In this document: piece by piece, positions 29,601-39,194 of the stretch
How positions within the stretch are numbered: position 1 is the first letter of the stretch
Layout: each line of letters begins with the position of its first letter
NCBI GenBank assembly: GCA_035288105.1
Contig: DATEAY010000013.1
Span: 6,668-70,667, forward strand
DNA: 64,000 bases
Reading direction: 5' to 3'
From: Candidatus Babeliales bacterium
Lineage (GTDB): Bacteria; Babelota; Babeliae; Babelales; Vermiphilaceae
The notes under the pieces: model-generated
The model's input: the letters and a program-made list of their open reading frames with translations, nothing else
Databases searched by the model: none
Told to the model about the DNA's origin: nothing
Position numbers and translations under genes: made by a program

Positions 29601-31361
29601 ATGAAAAAGGGTGTCGTTATGAAGTCAGTTTCTGAAGTTTCTGTGTTGATTGAGAAAGTGCGTCTTTCTCCCGTAAAATTTGTTGTTGTCACTGGTGGAG
29701 TTTGTTCATCTATCGGTAAGGGAATACTTATTGCATCTCTTGGTGTATTGCTAAAAGGGGCAGGATATTCTGTTTCAATTCTTAAGTGGGACCCTTATCT
29801 TAATGTTGATCCTGGCACAATGTCACCACTTGTTCATGGTGAAGTTTTTGTTACTGCAGATGGTGCTGAAACTGATTTAGATTTGGGGCACTATGAACGA
29901 TTGGTAGGTCTCAATTTAGGCAGAGACTCTTCTGTTTCATCAGGCCAAATTTATAAGGAAGTGCTTGAGGGAGAACGAGAAGGTCGTTTTTTGGGCAAAT
30001 GCATTCAAATGGTGCCACATGTTGTTGATGTTGCTAAGAAACGTCTTCTGGAATTTGCGCTCAAACACAATGTTGAATTTGTTTTACTTGAAATAGGTGG
30101 CACTGTTGGTGATATAGAAGGTGAAGTTTTTTTAGAAGCAGTTCGTCAGCTTAAGATGGATTTAGGACCAAAACATGTGATGCATTCACATCTCAGCTTG
30201 GTTCCTTTTCTGAGTTGGGCCAATGAAGTAAAAACCAAGCCAACACAACATAGTGTCATGGAATTAAAAAGAGCTGGATTGATTCCAGATTGTTTATTTT
30301 TACGTGCTGATAGAGCGATTGAAGAGCAGTCAATTGATAAGCTTTCAATCATGTGTGAAGTGAAAAAAGAATATATTTTTCAAGTATTAACAGTAGATCC
30401 TCTTTACAAAATATTTCTTGATTTGCAAGGACAGGGTGTGGGCGAAGAAATTCAAAGATTCTTCGGTCTTCCAGTGCTTAAGAAATCAGATATATCATTA
30501 TGGAGTCAATTTATTGACAACATAGCACAAAGTAGACAGACATTATCTGTTGGCCTTGTAGCAAAATATGTTGGCAGCAATGATCCTTATATCAGCGTTA
30601 TTGAAGCAATAAAATCATCTGCATATAATCTTAGTTATCACGTTAAAATAGTTACAATTGCAGCAGAGATGCTGGAGAAAGATTACCACAACCAAGATGC
30701 CAGTCGAGCTTGGCAGGACTTACAAAGTGTTGATGGTATAATTGTTCCAGGAGGTTTTGATTCTCGTGGTGTTGAAGGAAAAATTTTGGCGTGTAAATGG
30801 GCTCGTGAGCAAAAAATTCCTTACTTGGGACTTTGCCTTGGCATGCAAGTGATGATAATAGAAAGTGCGCGATCGTTGTTGCACCTTGAGACTGCAAACA
30901 GTACGGAATTTGATGCAGCAACAAAAGATCCTGTTATTTGCTTGATGAGCGAGCAACAAAATATAACGACAAAAGGTGCCAACATGAGGTTGGGATCTTA
31001 TTTGTGTACGCTTGTTCAAGATACCCATGCACATAATGCTTATAAAACAGATGCGGTCTTAGAAAGACACAGACATCGCTATGAAGTGAACAAAAACTAC
31101 AAAGAGCGACTTGAAAAAGCAGGAATTGTCTTTTCTGGTATACATACTGCCATGGATTTAATCGAAATAGCGGAAGTTAAAGATCATCCTTTTATGGTAG
31201 GATCTCAATTTCATCCAGAGTTCCAATCATCGCCCGTTAAAGTTCATCCTTTATTCAAAAGTTTCATTGAAGTAGTAGCAAGTGAGTGTAATAAAAGGCA
31301 GCAGCAGGGTTTGACAAAGCCAGTCCTTGTAAAAAAAGAGGTGAAAAACCTTCATTTTTAG
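29601..31361 (+). CDS. pyrG: CTP synthase
   Basis: VVVTGGVCSSIGKG, GLCLGMQ (glutaminase Cys), HRHRYEVN. Confidence 0.95.
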   Translation: MKKGVVMKSVSEVSVLIEKVRLSPVKFVVVTGGVCSSIGKGILIASLGVLLKGAGYSVSILKWDPYLNVDPGTMSPLVHGEVFVTADGAETDLDLGHYERLVGLNLGRDSSVSSGQIYKEVLEGEREGRFLGKCIQMVPHVVDVAKKRLLEFALKHNVEFVLLEIGGTVGDIEGEVFLEAVRQLKMDLGPKHVMHSHLSLVPFLSWANEVKTKPTQHSVMELKRAGLIPDCLFLRADRAIEEQSIDKLSIMCEVKKEYIFQVLTVDPLYKIFLDLQGQGVGEEIQRFFGLPVLKKSDISLWSQFIDNIAQSRQTLSVGLVAKYVGSNDPYISVIEAIKSSAYNLSYHVKIVTIAAEMLEKDYHNQDASRAWQDLQSVDGIIVPGGFDSRGVEGKILACKWAREQKIPYLGLCLGMQVMIIESARSLLHLETANSTEFDAATKDPVICLMSEQQNITTKGANMRLGSYLCTLVQDTHAHNAYKTDAVLERHRHRYEVNKNYKERLEKAGIVFSGIHTAMDLIEIAEVKDHPFMVGSQFHPEFQSSPVKVHPLFKSFIEVVASECNKRQQQGLTKPVLVKKEVKNLHF

Positions 31362-31724
31362 CAAAAGAAAAAAAGATGTTGTTTTTTTGTGATTTTTTGA
31401 ATAAAACAACACGCATTTTTCAAAATAGTCTCTGTTTATAGCATTTTTTTGTTGTTGCACAAATTTAAACAAAAAAAAAATTGTTTTTTCTCTGATCATG
31501 GTCACAATTAATAATGCTTTTAAGTATTTTGATTCCTTTTTATTAGTGGTTAGTTAAAAGGGATGGTTGAAAGCACTGTTTTAGTGACGAGATAATGGAT
31601 TATGTTTTTTTGGGTTATTATACTACAATTTCTTCTTAGCTCACTTTTAAAGATGTAATCTATTATCTCAGTTTCTATTTTTAGCGAAAATCAGTAACCT
31701 TGTCCGTTGAATTTATATTCTCTT

Positions 31725-31828
31725 CGCGCTCACCCTGAACTTGTTGAAGGGTCAAGCGCGATGTATTATTTAAAGAATGATAAAAGAGCGCTCGAATACT
31801 ATCCTTCAACAAGTTCAGGACGAGCGCG
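31725..31828. repeat. palindromic dispersed element, copy 3 (type A)
   Basis: CGCGCTCACCCTGAACTTGTTGAAGGGT (31725-31752) and ATCCTTCAACAAGTTCAGGACGAGCGCG (31801-31828), with a 48-nt spacer. Lies between convergent pyrG and nfo. Confidence 0.85.
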
Positions 31829-31866
31829 GTGGAAATAACAAAGAAAAACAAGCACATTCTATGATA

Positions 31867-32754
31867 TCACTCGGCAACGTGTAAAAGCGTTCGCGTTTTT
31901 TTACTGAGCAAACTCATCAAAATTTCCATATTTTTTCTATCATCAGCAAGATCAGCCTTTGGTGTTTCAATAATTTTAGGAATATCAAAAAGTGCTGGAT
32001 CATTGAATAATAACTCAAAGGCTTTAAGTCCTATTTTTCCCTTTCCAATGTCCGCATGGCGATCAACGCGAGATCCAAGGTCTTTTTGTGAATCATTCAC
32101 GTGGATTGCTTTGAGCTTGTTGATGCCAATTGTTTTATCAAATTGCTTCCACATAAGGTCATACGACTTTTCTGTTCTGAAGTCATATCCAGCAACAAAT
32201 GCATGGCATGTATCAAAGCATATACCGATACGTCTTTTATGGTCTGAATATTTGATTATTTGGGCAAGTTGCTCAAAAGTATAGCCAACTTGGCTTCCTT
32301 GACCGGCCATTGTTTCTAATAAAATGGCACCATGAGGCACCTTTGTGAGCACTTTATCTATATTTTTACTAATTCTTGCAAGACATGATTCTTCATCGGT
32401 GTTGGTATGTGAGCCAGGATGAAGCACAAGATAGGGGATAGTAAGATCTGCGCATCTGGTAAGTTCCAGCTCAAGAGCGTCGACTGATTTTTTTTCAAGG
32501 TCTGCGTTTGGTGATCCAATATTGAGAAGATATGATGCGTGAGTGATAACCGACTGGACAGATGAGCTTTTCCAGGTTTGTTTAAAGGAGTCTATATCTT
32601 GTTGAGAAATGGGTTTTGCATGCCATTGGCGATTGCTTTTTGTAAATATTTGTATTGCTGAACACCCAATAGATTCGCCCCGTTCTATGGCCAGGCGCAT
32701 TTCGCCACTTATTGACATGTGGGCACCAAATAAAAGTGAATATTTTTTTTTCAT
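31867..32754 (-). CDS. nfo: endonuclease IV
   Basis: GAHMSISG, LVLHPGS, CFDTCH, HVNDS metal-ligand motifs. Confidence 0.9.
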   Translation of the reverse strand: MKKKYSLLFGAHMSISGEMRLAIERGESIGCSAIQIFTKSNRQWHAKPISQQDIDSFKQTWKSSSVQSVITHASYLLNIGSPNADLEKKSVDALELELTRCADLTIPYLVLHPGSHTNTDEESCLARISKNIDKVLTKVPHGAILLETMAGQGSQVGYTFEQLAQIIKYSDHKRRIGICFDTCHAFVAGYDFRTEKSYDLMWKQFDKTIGINKLKAIHVNDSQKDLGSRVDRHADIGKGKIGLKAFELLFNDPALFDIPKIIETPKADLADDRKNMEILMSLLSKKTRTLLHVAE

Positions 32755-32916
32755 AAAAAATCCTTTTGCAGATAGGTTTAAAAGCGCTTTTTGGTTGACA
32801 AATCAGTGCAATCGAGTACGATTATTTTTATAGTAATCTATTCAAATAAAAATTCGAATTTTTTACATGATTCTATCTGTTTTATTTTTTTAGTGATCCA
32901 GGAACCAAAGGAAGAC

Positions 32917-34857
32917 ATGCGCATTAAGGGATACTTGTTGGCGGCTGTTGTTTTACAGCTCTTTTCTGCTGACTTATTACATGCTGAATTACGGACGACA
33001 TACAATGATCTAGAATTTATTTTTTCTGGTGTATTTAAACCAGAAACGTTTTACGGCAAAAATATTAACTGGCTGAACAATGATAATGATTTTGATAAAA
33101 CATATTTTTCTCGTCATACATTGGATCTTATGTTTAATGTGCTGTATGGAGCAAAAACATATACACAAAATGTATTAGAATTTCTTTGTCAGGTTCGTAA
33201 CAAAGGAATATGGGGAAACCCGGAAAGTATAGCAAGTACAACATTTGCTGATATCAAGGTTCTTGACGCGATTAGAGGAACTCATAAGCACGGATTCCCT
33301 CGTCATATATTTTGGATTAGACAATTGTGGTTGCAGTTCAATCTTAATCAAGCAGTGGGTCTACCGTTTAAAAATAGACATACTTTCACTCTTGGATCAT
33401 TTCCATTTCAGTTGGGACGTGGTATTGCTCTTGGTGATGCATATGCTGTTGGACCTGAAATTCTTGGTTTCTGGGCTGATAGTGCTATTGATCAATATGC
33501 ATTTGGTGCAAAATTTTCTGGAGAAATTTTCCCAGCAATTTTATCATATGATTTGTATACTGCTATTTTGCAAAATAATAGTAGCAGTTTGTTTGATACT
33601 GAAAAGAGAGTATTGGCACAGCAATTTGGGGGACTTGAAAATCCTGAGCGCGGGTTTGGTAAAGTGAACTATATTGTTGCGGGTCGTTTTAACTGGACTA
33701 CTTTTGATAATACGTGGCTTGGTAGAATGACGCTTGAACCTTATGGGTTATATAACAACGATCCTGAACAAAAAATTGAATTTCCTGCTGATGCAACCAG
33801 TAAACTTGGAACTGCAGGTTTAGCAGGTGAGTTTTATGGCAATCGTTTTGAATGTGGTTTTGATTATGCGGTCAACTTTGGTCAACAACGAGTAAAAGGT
33901 TGGGACCGAAATATTGTAAAAGAAAACAATAAAGGCGGCATAGTTACCTTGATTAACGATAATGTTACTGCAACGTACACAAACTTAGCAGGGGTTGAAG
34001 TTACTGAACCAGCTCCTTACGTTCCTGATAGTGATGCGCAAAAAATTATTAATTCGACCTTCAGAAACGAATCACAAAATGGCAAAAAAATTAATGGTAC
34101 TGCTGTTATCACAGAGCTTGGCTACTTAGCAAATATTCCTAACTCTCCAATAATTCTTAAAAATAGTCAGGCTCGTTTTGGTAATTCTTATACAAACAAG
34201 TATGAAGGATGGATGTTTGTAACTGATGCATCATATTCTTTCTGTGATAAAGACTTGCAACTCGCGATAGCTGCAGGTGTTACTGCTGGTGATAATAATC
34301 CTAATTTTGAAACCAAAGATAAGAACTATAGCGGATTTATAGGATTACAAGAAGTGTATTCTGGTAAACGTGTACGAAGCGTGTTCTTGCTTGGTGGTGC
34401 AGGAAAATTAAAACGATTACTTTCAACACCAGCATCAACGGAGATTCAAGCACCAAGCAGAAAAGCTCAAGCGATTTCTGGTTTTACCAACTTAGTATTC
34501 TGCGGTACGTCGTTAAAGTGGAAACCAAAAGCGTGGAAGAAACCGTTTGAAATAAATCCTAACGTTTTGGCATTATGGCAAGAACGTCAAATTGGTAACG
34601 CACGAACATTCCTTGGTGTTGAAACAGGATTGTTTATTAACTGGAGTTTACTCAAAGACCTTAAGTTATTCTGGGTATCTTCAATGTTCTTCCCTGGATC
34701 GCACTACAAAGATCGTATGGGGACACCGGTACAAACACAAGAAGAAAAAGATTTTGTGGATAATGAAAATCCGACTGGTCTTAAACAAGATCGTATTACC
34801 GGTTTAGGTAACAATGTTGCTTACACATTCAACTTGGGATTGATCTATACGTTCTAA
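32917..34857 (+). CDS. outer-membrane beta-barrel protein, family unknown
   Basis: ATG at 32917 preceded by AAAGGAAG. Signal peptide MRIKGYLLAAVVLQLFSADLLHA. Alternating hydrophobic pattern and a C-terminal ...NLGLIYTF (terminal Phe, an OMP signature). Confidence 0.55.
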   Translation: MRIKGYLLAAVVLQLFSADLLHAELRTTYNDLEFIFSGVFKPETFYGKNINWLNNDNDFDKTYFSRHTLDLMFNVLYGAKTYTQNVLEFLCQVRNKGIWGNPESIASTTFADIKVLDAIRGTHKHGFPRHIFWIRQLWLQFNLNQAVGLPFKNRHTFTLGSFPFQLGRGIALGDAYAVGPEILGFWADSAIDQYAFGAKFSGEIFPAILSYDLYTAILQNNSSSLFDTEKRVLAQQFGGLENPERGFGKVNYIVAGRFNWTTFDNTWLGRMTLEPYGLYNNDPEQKIEFPADATSKLGTAGLAGEFYGNRFECGFDYAVNFGQQRVKGWDRNIVKENNKGGIVTLINDNVTATYTNLAGVEVTEPAPYVPDSDAQKIINSTFRNESQNGKKINGTAVITELGYLANIPNSPIILKNSQARFGNSYTNKYEGWMFVTDASYSFCDKDLQLAIAAGVTAGDNNPNFETKDKNYSGFIGLQEVYSGKRVRSVFLLGGAGKLKRLLSTPASTEIQAPSRKAQAISGFTNLVFCGTSLKWKPKAWKKPFEINPNVLALWQERQIGNARTFLGVETGLFINWSLLKDLKLFWVSSMFFPGSHYKDRMGTPVQTQEEKDFVDNENPTGLKQDRITGLGNNVAYTFNLGLIYTF

Positions 34858-34883
34858 GTAAACATATTTGAATTAAGATAATA

Positions 34884-34930
34884 AACAAAGGGTAGATTGC
34901 ACAATGTTGCGCTACCCTTTGTTGTTTGTT
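34884..34930 (+). terminator. rho-independent terminator after the OMP gene
   Basis: AACAAAGGGTAG (34884-34895) / CTACCCTTTGTT (34912-34923) followed by a T-rich tail. Confidence 0.6.
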
Positions 34931-34998
34931 GTGATACAATTACTATTATTAGGCAATTTTATAAATTTAGCAGAGATTTTTAGCTGTAAGGAACGTAT

Positions 34999-36768
34999 AT
35001 GCTGTCTGAGCGTACTACAGGGTGTGGCTTAGTTAATGAGCAATTTTTAAATAAAAATATTTCTCTTTCTGGGTGGGTTCATCGGCGTCGTGATCATGGT
35101 GGATTGATTTTTATTGATTTACGGGATCGCAGTGGATTGATGCAACTTGTTGTCAACACAGAAAATTCAAAAAAAGTGCATGAAATTGCACATAAAATTC
35201 GTTCTGAATATGTCATAAGCGTTACAGGAAAAGTAGTAGAGCGAGCACCTGAGACAATCAACAAAGAGTTGACGACTGGATGCTGGGAATTGCTTGTTGA
35301 TGATCTTGAAATTTTGAACACTGCAAAAATGCTACCGTTTTCCATTGAAGGTACTGACGTTATTGATGAAGAATTACGTTTGAAATATCGGTATCTTGAT
35401 TTGCGTCGTCCTGAAATGCACAAAAATTTTGCGTTGAGGCATAAAGTTATTTATGCAATGCGTGAATTTTTGAATAAAGAAGCATTTTATGAAATTGAAA
35501 CTCCTATTTTGACAAAAAATACGCCCGAAGGAGCACGAGAATTTTTAGTACCATCGAGAATCCATCAGGGATCTTTTTATGCATTGCCGCAGTCCCCACA
35601 GTTGTATAAACAAATTTTAATGTGTGGTGGTATGGAAAGATATTTCCAAGTTGCTCGTTGTTTTAGGGATGAGGATTTGCGCGCAGATCGTCAGCCAGAA
35701 TTTACGCAGCTTGATATTGAAATGTCATTCATTCAAGAAAAAGATATTCAGAGCTTGATCGAACGATTACTGAAATATGTATTTTCTACTGTTCTTGGGA
35801 AAGATTTGCACATACCATTTAAGCGCTTAACATACGATGAAGCATTTTCATCGTACGGTTCAGATAAACCTGATTTGCGCTATGGTTTAAAAATTACCGA
35901 TTTTACGGATGTTTTTGCTGATACAGAACTAAAATTTTTGCGTGATGTGATCAGTAGAGGCGAAAAGATTGGCGGTATTGCTGTTACTGGTCATACGTTT
36001 ACGCATTCTGAACTCAATCGCTGGGTAGACAAAGCACAAAAATTAGGGGCAAAAGGATTATTGTGGATAGATCTAGAAAGTCCTGATGCAATTAGTTCGC
36101 CTGTAGCAAAATTTTTACCAAAAGATTTTTTTGCACGAGCAGTAAGTGCGTGTGAAGGAATCACTAATGGAAGTATACTGTTTATTGTAGCTGGCGAATA
36201 TGAAGTCGCGTGGGAAATTTTAGGGCGCTTACGACAGGAACTTGCAAAAGAGCTTAACATTATTCCACAAGATGAATTTAATTTTTCATGGGTTACTGAT
36301 TTTCCGTTGCTTGAGTATGATAAAAAAGATAAAACGTGGAATGCAAAACATCATCCATTTACCTCACCAAGTCCTGGTTGGGAAAACAAAGATCTTGCAG
36401 CAATTACCGCACGCGCATACGATGTTGTGTTGAATGGTATTGAACTTGGTGGTGGATCAATACGTATTCATGATCGCGCAGTGCAAGAAAAAGTGTTTAA
36501 CCTTCTTGGTTTAAGCAAGGAAGAAGTTGAATCAAAATTTGGATTCTTGCTTGAAGCACAAGAATTTGGATTTCCTCCACATGGAGGTATTGCACTTGGT
36601 CTTGATCGTTTTATTATGTTGCTAACACATTCAATATCTATTCGTGAAGTAATTGCATTTCCAAAAACTGCGCGTGGTTGTGATCCTATGATGGAATCAC
36701 CAACACCAGCAGAAAATAAGCAATTGAAAGATTATGGGCTACAGCTGTTGCCTACAAAAAAAGAATAA
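34999..36768 (+). CDS. aspS: aspartyl-tRNA synthetase
   Basis: GWVHRRRDHGGLIFIDLRD, QSPQLYKQ, FRDEDLRADRQPEFTQLD, GGGSIRIH class II motifs. Confidence 0.95.
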   Translation: MLSERTTGCGLVNEQFLNKNISLSGWVHRRRDHGGLIFIDLRDRSGLMQLVVNTENSKKVHEIAHKIRSEYVISVTGKVVERAPETINKELTTGCWELLVDDLEILNTAKMLPFSIEGTDVIDEELRLKYRYLDLRRPEMHKNFALRHKVIYAMREFLNKEAFYEIETPILTKNTPEGAREFLVPSRIHQGSFYALPQSPQLYKQILMCGGMERYFQVARCFRDEDLRADRQPEFTQLDIEMSFIQEKDIQSLIERLLKYVFSTVLGKDLHIPFKRLTYDEAFSSYGSDKPDLRYGLKITDFTDVFADTELKFLRDVISRGEKIGGIAVTGHTFTHSELNRWVDKAQKLGAKGLLWIDLESPDAISSPVAKFLPKDFFARAVSACEGITNGSILFIVAGEYEVAWEILGRLRQELAKELNIIPQDEFNFSWVTDFPLLEYDKKDKTWNAKHHPFTSPSPGWENKDLAAITARAYDVVLNGIELGGGSIRIHDRAVQEKVFNLLGLSKEEVESKFGFLLEAQEFGFPPHGGIALGLDRFIMLLTHSISIREVIAFPKTARGCDPMMESPTPAENKQLKDYGLQLLPTKKE

Positions 36769-36772
36769 TGCA

Positions 36773-36807
36773 AAAAAACACTTGGTAAATGCCAAGTGTT
36801 TTTTTTT
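36773..36807 (+). terminator. rho-independent terminator after aspS
   Basis: AAAAAACACTTGG-TAAATG-CCAAGTGTTTTTTTTT. Confidence 0.7.
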
Positions 36808-36832
36808 ATCTTGTAAAAAAGGAGTTAAAAAA

Positions 36833-38074
36833 ATGAAAATACAAGATATTCACGCACGTGAAATTTATGATTCTCGAGGAATCCCTACTGTTGAATGTGA
36901 TCTTTTTTTAAGTGATGGAATGATGGTTACATCATCTGTACCTTCTGGTATTTCGTGCGGTATGTACGAAGCCGTCGAATTACGTGATGGTGGTGATCGG
37001 TTGATGGGGCTTGGTGTTCAAAAAGCTGTTTCGACAATTGAAGATATCATAGCACCAATGTTAGTCGATAGGGTTCCAGATCTTATTACTTTTGATCTTG
37101 AATTGTTAGACCTTGATCAAACAATCAATAAATCTCATCTTGGAGCAAATGCTTTGTTAGTGATAAGTATTGCTGTGTGTAGAGCGCAAGCGTATGTAGA
37201 AGATCTTGAACTATACGAGTTTATTGCGTATGTTTCCAATTATCCCTCTGTTGCATTACCATGTCCAATGTTCAATATGCTCGGAGGTGGATTGCATGCA
37301 GACAATAATTTTCCTATTCAAGAACTACTTATTGTGCCAACAAAAGAACTTTCGTTCCACGAAGCTATGGAAACAGGTATTACTGTTTTTCATACATTAA
37401 AAAAGATTCTGAAATCTAAGAATAAGATAACTGCTATTGGCTACGAAGGAGGATTTGTTCCTCCTTTTAAAGATGCATTTGAAGCGCTTGATATACTCAT
37501 GGAAGCGATTGATCAATCTGGCAGAGGTAGCAATGTTATGATATCACTCGATGTTGCAGCTTCTCATTTATATAATCATGAAACAGGGTTGTACAAGTGG
37601 TTTGGGAGTGAAATAGCGGCACCTGAACTCGTAGAATGGTACAATTCACTCATTTCTCGTTATCCTATTTATTCAATAGAAGATGGTTTGGGTCAAACTG
37701 ATTGGCATGGATGGCACGAAATGAAGCGTAAAATAGGATCTCGCGTTAAATTGATTGGGGATGATTTATTTGTTACTGATCCACAACGCATTTGGAATGG
37801 CATAGAAAATGATTGTGCGACAAGTGTTCTTATTAAACCAAATCAAATTGGTACCGTAACTGAAACATTGCAAGCTGTCGCTTTATGTAAAGATAATGAT
37901 TGGGATGTTGTTGTTTCTCATAGATCAGGAGAAACAAATGATTCATTTATAGCAGACCTTGCTGTTGGTGTTAGCGCAGTCAATATCAAAGCAGGTGGGT
38001 GCTCTCGTGGTGAACGCATGGCAAAATACAATCGCTTGTTGAGTATAGAAGAAGAGTTGCTAGGAGCTTATTAA
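36833..38074 (+). CDS. eno: enolase
   Basis: MKIQDIHAREIYDSRGIPTVE..., SHRSGETND, IKPNQIGT. AAGGAG precedes the ATG at 36833; the track start at 36734 overlaps aspS and the terminator. Confidence 0.95.
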   Translation: MKIQDIHAREIYDSRGIPTVECDLFLSDGMMVTSSVPSGISCGMYEAVELRDGGDRLMGLGVQKAVSTIEDIIAPMLVDRVPDLITFDLELLDLDQTINKSHLGANALLVISIAVCRAQAYVEDLELYEFIAYVSNYPSVALPCPMFNMLGGGLHADNNFPIQELLIVPTKELSFHEAMETGITVFHTLKKILKSKNKITAIGYEGGFVPPFKDAFEALDILMEAIDQSGRGSNVMISLDVAASHLYNHETGLYKWFGSEIAAPELVEWYNSLISRYPIYSIEDGLGQTDWHGWHEMKRKIGSRVKLIGDDLFVTDPQRIWNGIENDCATSVLIKPNQIGTVTETLQAVALCKDNDWDVVVSHRSGETNDSFIADLAVGVSAVNIKAGGCSRGERMAKYNRLLSIEEELLGAY

Positions 38075-38080
38075 GCAAGA

Positions 38081-38116
38081 AAAGACCAGCGCAAGTATGT
38101 AAAAGCGCTGATCTTT
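38081..38116. terminator. bidirectional hairpin between eno and the convergent small secreted-protein gene
   Basis: AAAGACCAGCGC-(12 nt)-GCGCTGATCTTT with A/T-rich flanks. Confidence 0.5.
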
Positions 38117-38125
38117 TTCTTATTT

Positions 38126-38572
38126 TTACTTTCTAAATTGACCCATGCCACCATCAATGATGTACGATTTATCTATATTGTTTTTGAGTGAAAGGCCTGT
38201 GGATGTTGTTCCACCGAGTCCCATGTATGTACCTGTTTGAGGATATACAGTAGGTCTTTTTGTAGGTTCAAATGTTAAGTATTTTGTATTTTCCCGTGGT
38301 TCTATTCTTTTAAAAATAGCCTGTCCAGCCATACCTTCTTCCTGTATCATGAGGAATGTAGGCTTATCATTAGGAACATTTCTTCTACCAGCTAATCCAG
38401 CAGGTATAACAAACATTGGTTGCTCGTCATCTCCGAATTTCATGACAACCTTGATTGGTTTAGCTGACTTGTTATATAATTCAAAATTTTCAACAGCTTG
38501 TACTGACGAGCAAAAACCAACAACTGAAGCAAGCACGAATGTTGTTACGATCATCATTTTGATACTTTTCAT
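38126..38572 (-). CDS. small secreted protein, paralog of 38608..39018
   Basis: Signal peptide ending SSVQA, then VENFELYNKSAKPIKV. Shares the post-signal NFEL(Y/V)N motif and size with its neighbour. Confidence 0.5.
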   Translation of the reverse strand: MKSIKMMIVTTFVLASVVGFCSSVQAVENFELYNKSAKPIKVVMKFGDDEQPMFVIPAGLAGRRNVPNDKPTFLMIQEEGMAGQAIFKRIEPRENTKYLTFEPTKRPTVYPQTGTYMGLGGTTSTGLSLKNNIDKSYIIDGGMGQFRK

Positions 38573-38607
38573 ACTAATCCTCCCTATAATAATAATGACT
38601 ATACATT

Positions 38608-39018
38608 CTATTTTACGCTTTTGATGTCTGCAGCTTTAATATTTGTGTCTTTTGAGAAGAAAGATTTTTTTGCCGGTGATTGAGGTTTTAAATGTGGCGT
38701 ACCTGTATGGTTCCATTCTAAAAATATTGTTTTTGTTTTTTTTGGATCTATATCAAGGTGATAGTCATAACCTTTGGGGTTATGACCAGAAAACACTGTT
38801 AATATTGTTGTTTTATTCAGTGGTATAGAACCAGTATATTTGCCACCGTCCCAGTCTATAGTCCCTAGGTCAGTTTCTTTACCTGTACTTGAATCGTAGA
38901 GGGTAGCGCTGATTTCAACACCATTAGTTGAATTGTTCACCAATTCAAAGTTTGCTTTCGCCTGACCAATAGTTACTATTGCTACAATAGCAATCAATAT
39001 TTTTTTAATGTTTTTCAT
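38608..39018 (-). CDS. small secreted protein, paralog of 38126..38572
   Basis: Signal peptide ending GQAKA, then NFELVNNSTNGVEISA. Confidence 0.5.
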   Translation of the reverse strand: MKNIKKILIAIVAIVTIGQAKANFELVNNSTNGVEISATLYDSSTGKETDLGTIDWDGGKYTGSIPLNKTTILTVFSGHNPKGYDYHLDIDPKKTKTIFLEWNHTGTPHLKPQSPAKKSFFSKDTNIKAADIKSVK

Positions 39019-39194
39019 AAAAGGTTTCCTTGTAATACTATTATTATAATTATTATTTTACTTGTACATACTAAGTATAATATATAAATTATTCAGATTG
39101 CAATATTTTATATAATTATTATGAAAAACTCCTGTTGAAGGTGCATTGCATACACATTCAATAAGGAGTTTTTATAGGCTGTACGGCAAAATAT

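Noticed and set aside
33245-33667. ORF 33245..33667 (+, 140 aa) in an alternative frame of the OMP gene
   Set aside because: It is an out-of-frame overlap within a 646-aa ORF that has a signal peptide and an OMP C-terminal signature. It is Leu/Ile-rich, an artefact of the AT-rich alternative frame.
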